A stretch of DNA of 64,000 bases, taken from NCBI GenBank assembly GCA_964351775.1, contig CAYGPQ010000005.1, positions 3,640 to 67,639 of the forward strand, read 5' to 3'. This document shows, piece by piece, positions 19,633 to 26,798 of the stretch; position 1 is the stretch's first letter, and every line of letters starts with the position of its first letter. This stretch comes from an uncultured Kordia sp. GTDB taxonomy: Bacteria; Bacteroidota; Bacteroidia; Flavobacteriales; Flavobacteriaceae. The notes beneath the pieces are model-generated. The model was not told where the DNA came from, did not search any database, and saw nothing but the letters and a program-made list of their open reading frames with translations. The translations under genes were made by a program, and so were the position numbers.

Positions 19633-20163
19633 ATAAAGGAACTGGTGTATTACATATTACCGCAACTGCGTAGCAAGAAGTTATTTTTCCCTTTATGATA
19701 ATTGTAGAATTATTTGAAATCATATCTTCAATAATACGAAGAATTGAAAACTAATCCAACCATTTTCAAGTTATTTAATAGTATAAATCCTACAATTTAT
19801 GACTAAGGGAAGTCATTTCAATTTTATTGGTATTAATATTTAGATTCTTATTTTATTCTTTAGAGGTTGTCGTTGTTCATTTGAGTTCAGTTAAATTTTT
19901 CATTGTTTAGACTTTTTTATTCATGACAAATTTTAGATTAGAAAAAATAGGCTTGCAGCGATTCGACACGATTCGACGCGATTGGATTGGATGTACAGAG
20001 ATATTGAACATCTTTATTGATTTTATTTTTATCAAATATGAATTGAATTTTAATACTACTTTACAGTTTATGCGTGTTCGTTGACGTTCGTTAAACTTCG
20101 TTGAAAACATTTTATATTTATTAAGTTACCAATGAGCAATACACATTTTACTCATTAACAATT

Positions 20164-20198
20164 ACAAAGGTTAGACATAGCATTCAAATATCATTTGT
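20164..20198 (-). promoter_or_regulatory. 35-bp motif copy 1 (ACAAATGATA-N19-CTTTGT)
   Basis: Identical spacing in all five copies. Confidence 0.65.
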
Positions 20199-20392
20199 TC
20201 GCTTTTGTAACTCGGTACGTAAAAGTTATAAAAGCCTATTTTATCCTATTATATTTTCGCACTGAATACGTGGTTATCTATACGCTTTGAAAAGTGACTT
20301 TTTAATTCCCTTTTAATTATTCTTATTTTACTCTTTAATTACTTTTAAATATTTCATCACTTGGTTACCATTTGATTTTCAAATAAATACTT

Positions 20393-20650
20393 ACCGTTTT
20401 TATAATCATTCAGAATTTTATTTTTTCACATCTTTTTTTAAGGTTCAACATTCGTTTTCAGTTCTCTATTGTTTTTTAAATGAATACTAATGATAGCGTT
20501 TCATATTTTCAGATATCACGTTATGGATTTATTACTACAAAGATTTAAAACAAAATTCAGATATCATTTGTACGCGTTTTGTATGATACAAATGACTTAT
20601 GAGGCTATACTATTGCTAAGAAAACAGTCCAAAAAGCACATAGAATTGTT
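20393..20650. repeat. ~260-bp non-coding direct repeat, copy 1
   Basis: Aligns by eye with 20764-21022, e.g. ACCGTTTTTATAATCATTCAGAA, AACATTCGTTTTCAGTTCTCT, TACAAAGATTTAAAACAAAATT. Confidence 0.9.
20537..20571 (-). promoter_or_regulatory. 35-bp motif copy 2
   Basis: Minus strand ACAAATGATA TCTGAATTTTGTTTTAAAT CTTTGT. Confidence 0.65.
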
Positions 20651-20763
20651 TATTTTTTTTTAATGCGCTTAAAATTGAACGCAATGTATTGTGTAAAGTA
20701 AATTACTCCAGAACAAGCTTTCTCTTACTGAAATAGCTCCATATAATTTTTAGTCAGATACTA

Positions 20764-21022
20764 ACCGTTTTTATAATCATTCAGAAATTAGAATTTTCAC
20801 TTTGCTTTTTAAGGTTTAACATTCGTTTTCAGTTCTCTTTTGTTTTTTTAAATGAATACGATTCACTGCATTTCAAATTTGCAGCTATCGCGTTATGGAA
20901 TTATCCTTACAAAGATTTAAAACAAAATTGAGATATCATTTGTAAAATTTTGATCACTGAACAATGGTTTGGGAAGATCTATTATTGCTAAGAAAAACAG
21001 GTTAAAAAGCGCGTAGAATTGC
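20764..21022. repeat. ~260-bp non-coding direct repeat, copy 2
   Basis: Offset of ~371 bp from copy 1. Confidence 0.9.
20909..20943 (-). promoter_or_regulatory. 35-bp motif copy 3
   Basis: Minus strand ACAAATGATA TCTCAATTTTGTTTTAAAT CTTTGT. Confidence 0.65.
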
Positions 21023-21551
21023 TTCATCTTTTTTCATGTTTTTTTTCATTTTTGAATTGAAAAAAATATTTTTTTTAGCTTTCAATTCAAATTAAAAAAA
21101 GTCAATATGAATTTACTTTTTTTATAAAAAATCAATTCATATTAAATGTTTTATAATTAAGTATCTGTATTTCATTGGGTTAAAATTAAAAAATTTGAAA
21201 TTTTTTAATTCAAATAGAAAAAATAAAATCGCAGTGACATTTTCAATAAAAGATAAAAACTTTAATTTATTAAATTACTCTATATCAATAGTTTACAATT
21301 TTTAAATTTATTACAGAAATAAAAAAATAAATTCATTCGGCTCAGCAATGAATTAAAAAAAATAAAACTTTGATTGTTAATAATGTGTCCAGAAAAAAAA
21401 TGAAATCAACTCATTTTTTGAACAGCTTTTATCCTAGTAGCACATATATTTATTTTTCTTTCACTTAAAGTATTACTTTAAGGTTTTAATCTACTCATTC
21501 TAGGTTTGTAGCAATAGCTATTGGAAGCCATTTGTATCATACAAAACGCGT

Positions 21552-21586
21552 ACAAAGGATATTTCAAGTTTCTTCTTGATCTTTGT
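21552..21586 (+). promoter_or_regulatory. 35-bp motif copy 4
   Basis: ACAAAGGATA TTTCAAGTTTCTTCTTGAT CTTTGT upstream of the 21692 gene. Confidence 0.65.
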
Positions 21587-21691
21587 TTTTGACAAATGAG
21601 ATTTGGAGATTTCAGTTTGTTTAAAAATGACTCAGCGTTTAGAGACGTTGTGCAATCGAGAAAAAAGTATTCACTTAAAAAAATATCATTC

Positions 21692-21919
21692 ATGAAAAGA
21701 AAACAGATATCGATTAAAGATAGGCTTGATATGGAATCCATTCCAAAACAAGCAACACCAATCATTGATAAGAAAGAAGTATTAAAACACCCAATTACAA
21801 AAGTGATAGTTACTGGTGTTGCTATTTACGGATTTATACATGTGTCTAAACATTTTATAAATGCTTTTGCGGGACTTGTAAAAGCGGTTCGTAATGCGCA
21901 ACATAATTTGAAAAGATAA
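21692..21919 (+). CDS. 75-aa single-TM small protein, paralog A
   Basis: Start moved to ATG 21692 by alignment with paralog 22971..23198 (same length, shared upstream sequence). Confidence 0.8.
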   Translation: MKRKQISIKDRLDMESIPKQATPIIDKKEVLKHPITKVIVTGVAIYGFIHVSKHFINAFAGLVKAVRNAQHNLKR

Positions 21920-22211
21920 AGGCTTATCATAAACATAATTTTTATCTTTAAAATCAACTCATTATTAAGTGATGAGTTGATTTTTTTTAGTAATAAATAA
22001 GCTACTAAGCTATATAAGTTCCTTATAAATGGATCAGTACCTTATTTATTACTTCAAAATACCTTCAAAGTACCTCGAAAACGCCTTGAAATATCAACTA
22101 ACACAAAATCAGCACGTTACTAAATGTTAAAATAGGTCTATTGCTCCAACGCACGAAAAGATTTTAATTTCGAGTTAGGTTTATTAAAAATAATTGCATA
22201 TTAGAAAACGT

Positions 22212-22283
22212 TGATTCATGTTACATTTTTTTTGCTGACTTTTAAAAGCGGTGCGCACTGGGTGAAATGATTTGAAAAAATAA
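22212..22283 (+). pseudogene. Degenerate third copy (3' end) of the 75-aa gene
   Basis: CTTTTAAAAGCGGTGCGCACTG...ATTTGAAAAAATAAAGGCT matches the end of paralog A (CTTGTAAAAGCGGTTCGTAATG...ATTTGAAAAGATAAAGGCT); the downstream flank is also duplicated. Confidence 0.65.
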
Positions 22284-22319
22284 AGGCTCACTATAAGCAT
22301 AATTTTTGTCTAAAAAATT

Positions 22320-22499
22320 AACTCATCATTAAGCAGATAGTTTAGATTCTTTTTTTTAACTTAACTAATCGTTTAGCAGTAAGTTAATACGATTGATAAA
22401 AATTAACTTATCACTAAGTAAATAGTTTGAAAGACTTTGTATTCAACTCATCATTTAACGATTAGCTGAAAATATGTACTCATCACTAAGTGATTAGTT
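22320..22499. repeat. Array of five 23-bp imperfect palindromes (consensus close to AACTCATCACTAAGTGATNAGTT)
   Basis: Copies start at 22320, 22363, 22405, 22445 and 22477; a sixth is at 21956-21978. Confidence 0.8.
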
Positions 22500-22866
22500 G
22501 TGAAAATAGATGAATTTTTATTTGGTTTTTTTATAGAATATGATAAGCTTTTTTTTGAAAAATTTTAGAATAATTATCGTAAAATAGATCAAAAGTTTCC
22601 TATTTGTAGCATAAAGTCTCTTGAAAGTTGATAAATAGTTTCCTTATTTTTTATTTAATAAGCATCTCGAAAACGAATCAAAAGTTTCCCGTTTTTCATT
22701 TGAAAAACATTCAAAGTAAATCAAAACGTTTTAAAATATTAGAAAAAAGTATACACTCCAATACGCGGAAATTTTTTAATTTCTATTACACTTTATTAAA
22801 AATCATTGATTCATCTTCATAATTATTCTATGTTTTGTCTGAAATTGTACCAAGTTACAAAAGTAA

Positions 22867-22901
22867 ACAAATGATACTTAAAGCTTCTTTTTCATCTTTG
22901 T
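22867..22901 (+). promoter_or_regulatory. 35-bp motif copy 5
   Basis: ACAAATGATA CTTAAAGCTTCTTTTTCAT CTTTGT upstream of the 22971 gene. Confidence 0.65.
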
Positions 22902-22970
22902 TTCAAAGTCGCAACCTTTAGAGACGTTGTGCAATTGAGAAAAAGTATAAACTGAAAAATAATATCATTT

Positions 22971-23198
22971 ATGAGAAGAAAACAAAAATCAATAAAAGAA
23001 AAACTAGATTTAGATGCAATCAAAGCACAGACAAAAACTATAATTGATAAGAAAGAAATTTTAAAGCATCCAATTGCAAAAGTGATTATTGTGGGCGTGA
23101 GTATTTATGGATTTCTAGATGTCTCAAAGCATTTTGTAAGAGTTTATGCAGGACTTGTAAAAGCGGTACGCAATGCGCAACATGATTTGAGAAGATAA
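22971..23198 (+). CDS. 75-aa single-TM small protein, paralog B
   Basis: IIDKKEILKHPIAKVIIVGVSIYGFLDVSKHF...AGLVKAVRNAQHDLRR. Confidence 0.85.
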   Translation: MRRKQKSIKEKLDLDAIKAQTKTIIDKKEILKHPIAKVIIVGVSIYGFLDVSKHFVRVYAGLVKAVRNAQHDLRR

Positions 23199-23209
23199 AT
23201 TATATTGAA

Positions 23210-23240
23210 AAAAGCTTCAATCATAACAATTGAAGCTTTT
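23210..23240. terminator. Bidirectional terminator
   Basis: AAAAGCTTCAAT-cataaca-ATTGAAGCTTTT between convergent genes. Confidence 0.75.
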
Positions 23241-23286
23241 AAAAATTCAGATTAATTTTAGCTTTACGATAAATTAAAAATGGTAA

Positions 23287-23814
23287 CTATTCTGTGATTG
23301 TAAACGTTTTCATCATGTGAATAGCATCATTGACAAAAAAATCAAAGAATTTTGACTTGGCGGAATACGAAACTCCGTAAAGAGTGTTATTGTATGTATA
23401 GAATTGATGGATGGTTCTGGATTCAATGTTATTAAAAATAGAAGTATAGATGACAACAATACTTTCCCCATACTTGGTTTGCTCTTTGACTGTTTCAAGC
23501 TTAATAACCTTAGAATAATGCTTTCGCCTACTTATATACTCATCAACGATAGATTGTAAGGTTTCTTCGTCTTTAATTTTACGTTTGTGTACACTTATAT
23601 TATTATAAACACGCTCATAACCTACATTCATCAATTCTTTTGGCGTATAATTCAAAACACCGTGAAAGCCATGAAACTCCCAATAGGGAAGCTTTTGAAT
23701 TATAAAACCATTGGAAAGCTTTTCAAATAGTTCTTTTTCTGAAAGTTTAGTTATTGGTTTTGTAGTGGTACAACCTATGAATACAATAATGAGAAGTAAA
23801 CTATATTTTTTCAA
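23287..23814 (-). CDS. Putative lipoprotein; 5' end abuts an IS21-like end
   Basis: LKKYSLLLIIVFIGC lipobox from TTG 23814; the 12 extra N-terminal residues in the ORF track lie in IS-end sequence. Confidence 0.6.
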   Translation of the reverse strand: MKKYSLLLIIVFIGCTTTKPITKLSEKELFEKLSNGFIIQKLPYWEFHGFHGVLNYTPKELMNVGYERVYNNISVHKRKIKDEETLQSIVDEYISRRKHYSKVIKLETVKEQTKYGESIVVIYTSIFNNIESRTIHQFYTYNNTLYGVSYSAKSKFFDFFVNDAIHMMKTFTITE

Positions 23815-23820
23815 TGTAGA

Positions 23821-23906
23821 GGGGTCAATATCCGCCAGAACGGCAGACAATTTTATTGCGATGAATCGATATCTGCAAAAGGGGTCAGTTTAGTCCAGAA
23901 TATCCA
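23821..23906. mobile_element. Isolated IS21-family-like terminal remnant
   Basis: Two related repeats GGGGTCAATATCCGCCAGAA / GGGGTCAGTTTAGTCCAGAA 60 bp apart, ending ...TATCCA. Multiple terminal repeats and a CA-3' end are IS21 traits. Confidence 0.6.
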
Positions 23907-24309
23907 CACTTCTAGTCAATACTTTTATTTCTTCTCCTGGTACAAATATATCGACCACTTCTTTACCATAATTAGAAAATTCAGAAACCAAATTATTTGT
24001 ATTATTAGAAGAACCTATAACCAAAAAATTATTAACAGTTTCTTCTTTAGATGAATTCATATCATTAGGATAATAATAAACTTTAGAATTATCAAGATTT
24101 AATGATTCATTTCCGGCAGCAGAAACAATTAATACATCTTTTGATTCAGCATATTTAATAGCTTCGCTAATCCAATCTTCATTTAAAGAAAAATCTTTAC
24201 CTATACTCATGTTAATTACCTTTGCTCCATTGTTTACTGCATATCGTATAGCAAGAGCAATATCTTTGTTATATTCACTTCCACGCGTTGAAACAACTGT
24301 TAATGCCAA
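23907..24309 (-). pseudogene. Internal fragment of an S8 subtilase
   Basis: AIRYAVNNGAKVINMS, SAAGN oxyanion motif, FSNYG..VDIFVPG; lacks the catalytic Asp/His region and the GTS serine. Confidence 0.85.
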
Positions 24310-24554
24310 ACGGGATGATAAAATTTATATCAGATGATGATACGATATGGAAGAGGTTTTTAACGAGTGATAAAATTATACTTGCTCTTATGTTATTGTT
24401 AGTATTACTCTCTTTTTCGCTCCAATATGCTTTGATTATTGGATACGCTGGATATGTAATTCAGGAATTTAGAATTCATAAAAAAGCAAATATTTATTTA
24501 GTAGCATCAATGATCGTTCTAATAATAGGAACCATCGCACAATGGTTAGCATAA
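24288..24554 (+). CDS. Hydrophobic ORF, probably a 5'-truncated membrane protein
   Basis: Hydrophobic segments; start overlaps the truncated S8 fragment. Confidence 0.4.
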   Translation: MKQLLMPNGMIKFISDDDTIWKRFLTSDKIILALMLLLVLLSFSLQYALIIGYAGYVIQEFRIHKKANIYLVASMIVLIIGTIAQWLA

Positions 24555-24604
24555 AGAGTCAATAATAATTATTTAAAACATTTATAACCTTAAGATATAA
24601 AATC

Positions 24605-24775
24605 ATGAACACTGAAGTCTTAGAAAAAATTGAAATCAAAAAAGGTACAGATAATATTACAGCATCCAAAGGATGGGAATGTTGTAAATGTGGAGAAGAA
24701 ATGTATAGAGGCGAAAGTTCTTGTAACTATTGTAAACATTCAAAATGTGATAGTTGTCGTTCATTTCAAGTGTGA
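24605..24775 (+). CDS. 56-aa Cys/His-rich putative zinc-binding miniprotein
   Basis: Hand translation MNTEVLEKIEIKKGTDNITASKGWECCKCGEEMYRGESSCNYCKHSKCDSCRSFQV*; absent from the ORF track. Confidence 0.7.
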   Translation: MNTEVLEKIEIKKGTDNITASKGWECCKCGEEMYRGESSCNYCKHSKCDSCRSFQV

Positions 24776-24911
24776 GTTTATAAAAAAGCAAAGTATAAAT
24801 AAAATATGAACTCTATTAAAATAAAAAGAAATATACAATTGTAAAATTTCTAAAAGTGAATAATTACTCAAGTGCATTCTTTTTATTTAATATCATAAAT
24901 AAGTCGATTTT

Positions 24912-24937
24912 GTGTCAACTTATTTTAGGACGGGACA
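24912..24937. mobile_element. IS3-family-like terminal inverted repeat remnant
   Basis: GTGTCAACTTATTTTAGGACGGGACA ending CA-3'; recalled resemblance to Bacteroidota IS3 ends; no transposase attached. Confidence 0.5.
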
Positions 24938-24948
24938 AAGATAATACA

Positions 24949-24977
24949 AAAAGCGCAACAAAATTTGTTGCGCTTTT
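24949..24977. terminator. Perfect hairpin at the right end of the island
   Basis: AAAAGCGCAACAAA-A-TTTGTTGCGCTTTT. Confidence 0.65.
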
Positions 24978-25104
24978 CCCTTGGAAGAAATTTCCTTAGT
25001 GACCGCGAGCATTCAGAGTTCAAACTTTTTGATTGAAGATTTAACTGATATTGAAAGGTTTATAAAAGAGTGTTATGTTGATTAAAAATTTACTATATAA
25101 TTAA

Positions 25105-25149
25105 GTAGCGGGAACTGATTCGAACTAGTGGCCTTCGGGGTATAAGTCG
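25105..25149 (-). pseudogene. Degenerate 3' half of initiator tRNA-Met (attachment-site scar)
   Basis: Minus strand CTTATACCCCGAAGGCCACTAGTTCGAATCAGTTCCCGCTAC resembles tRNA-fMet CTCATAACCCGAAGGTC...GGTTCGA...CCCGCTAC; no 5' half. Confidence 0.7.
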
Positions 25150-25339
25150 TAAAGCATATTTCGCAATAATTTGATTATCATTGATTTAAAACGAACGTAA
25201 ACTACAAATAATAGCATATCTATACATCTGATAGCATGAAAACCCTACGTTTGCTTTCTATTTTCATAAGGATTAATATAGTACAAAATTGACTTATTCA
25301 GGTTAGGTCCAAAATCTCTTTCATACAATACAAATTATT

Positions 25340-25524
25340 CCATCGAAGATACGGTTCCAATCTATAAAAAGATGCGACAACAAATGAGCCTTGGCGGAAA
25401 TACACCTAAAGAAACTTTTAATGGATTATCTATTGATATTTCCAGATATACTCACAATTTCAAAGATCAAAAACAACTAAGATTAATTCAGAACAAGAAA
25501 AACAGCTGTAAAGTATGCCTCTAA
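25340..25524 (+). pseudogene. C-terminal fragment of an integrase-core (IS3/IS481-like) transposase
   Basis: ...PIYKKMRQQMSLGGNTPKETF...KKNSCKVCL* resembles the YNxxRPxxSLgxxTP tail of DDE transposases. Confidence 0.55.
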
Positions 25525-25816
25525 AATCAATCAAGTTTTAAAAACATTAAAAGAAAAGCTGATAAAAACAACTTTACTTCTAATTTAAATTCTAGTTTTC
25601 AAAGACTATTTACAACTATCTCATTTTATGACAAATCCCATAAATGGGACACATTATTGTAAAATGATCATGGAGATAGCAGCTCAGGACTTTAAATAAC
25701 AACTAAAAATTTAAATCTTTTGTGATTATGTTTAAGATGTTCAAATATAGGTTTTCTGAAAGATCAAAATGTTGCCAGTAAACAACCAATAATAATTATT
25801 CTAATAGAAAACTATA

Positions 25817-25871
25817 ATATCAAATAAGAAATCAATATACATATCAAATAAGAAATCAATATACATATCAA
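25817..25871. repeat. 24-bp tandem duplication (2.3 copies)
   Basis: ATATCAAATAAGAAATCAATATAC x2 + ATATCAA. Confidence 0.9.
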
Positions 25872-26798
25872 CTATATAAATAAAATTCCATTATCTCGTT
25901 TAAACAATTTTTTTGGATAGAGACCTAGTTTAATTTTGTCTTCAATTTTATATATCGCCATAATTCTATCTGCTTTATAAGTCACACCAAACCAATCCGA
26001 TTTTGAATCCAATACCATTGTATTAATATTTGTATGTTGAATACTATATTCTATGACATGAGGAATTAATAATTCTTCGTTGGAAATGTTTAAAGAGTCG
26101 TCCATAAAGTCTATTAAAAGTTCTTCGATTAAAGGAAAGAAAGAAGGCCTCAAGCAGAACATATTCATAGAAACAAGTTCATTAAGGGCTAACCCTTTTT
26201 CAAGTCCTTTTAATTCGTTAAATATTAATTCTTCTTTAGATTTTCTTCTTATTCCTTTAACCTCAACGATTTTCTTTAAGATGCCCTTATTTTTTTCTGT
26301 AAAACATATACCTCTATTGACACCACCATATTCTGAAAGTGTTTCATCCAATTGATAAGAAATCACTGCGAAATTTGACGTATCATTATCAAAGAAATCA
26401 CTTGCCACTTTAAAAGCATTTTTTCCATAAAAATCATCTGCATTCATGATTAGAAACGGCTCTGAGATATGATATCTAGCAGCCCAAATGGCATGAGCAG
26501 TTCCCCATGGTTTTTCTCTCTCATAATTCGCAATACAATCTGCAGGAAGGTCCTCTAATTCCTGAAAAACATAATGGATTTCTATTAAGTCATTAAACAA
26601 ATCATCCATTAATGGAATAAATATCTTTGACATATCTTGTTTTATCACAAAAACAATTTTATTAAATCCTGCTTCAATTGCATCGTATATACCATATTCC
26701 ATCAATAATTCTCCATTTGGTCCAAACGTATCTAGTTGTTTCATTCCTCCGTATCGGGAACCCATACCAGCTGCTAATATTAAAAGAGTTTTTTTCAT
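25872..26798 (-). CDS. Sugar-phosphate nucleotidyltransferase family protein
   Basis: LAAGMGSRYGGMKQ, KPWGTAHA, NADDFYG. Confidence 0.9.
   Translation of the reverse strand: MKKTLLILAAGMGSRYGGMKQLDTFGPNGELLMEYGIYDAIEAGFNKIVFVIKQDMSKIFIPLMDDLFNDLIEIHYVFQELEDLPADCIANYEREKPWGTAHAIWAARYHISEPFLIMNADDFYGKNAFKVASDFFDNDTSNFAVISYQLDETLSEYGGVNRGICFTEKNKGILKKIVEVKGIRRKSKEELIFNELKGLEKGLALNELVSMNMFCLRPSFFPLIEELLIDFMDDSLNISNEELLIPHVIEYSIQHTNINTMVLDSKSDWFGVTYKADRIMAIYKIEDKIKLGLYPKKLFKRDNGILFI

Larger units (their letters stand above)
17507..25150. mobile_element. Small serine-integrase genomic island with IS scars (boundaries approximate)
   Basis: Recombinase at the left edge, low coding density, duplicated small genes, IS ends, and a recombinase-type tail plus tRNA remnant at the right edge. 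Confidence 0.7.

Noticed and set aside
19907-20110. 67-aa ORF upstream of the integrase operon
   Set aside because: Made largely of short DNA repeats, no recognisable protein features; left uncalled though not excluded
21596-21691. Extended N-terminus of the 107-aa ORF
   Set aside because: The paralog and shared UTR indicate the start is ATG 21692
22320-22499. CRISPR interpretation of the palindrome array
   Set aside because: Repeats are divergent, spacers only 9-20 bp and uneven, and no cas genes are present
22628-22822. 64-aa ORF
   Set aside because: TTG start in low-complexity AT-rich DNA with no coding features
25105-25149. Functional tRNA gene
   Set aside because: Only the 3' half is present, with a mutated anticodon loop and T-arm
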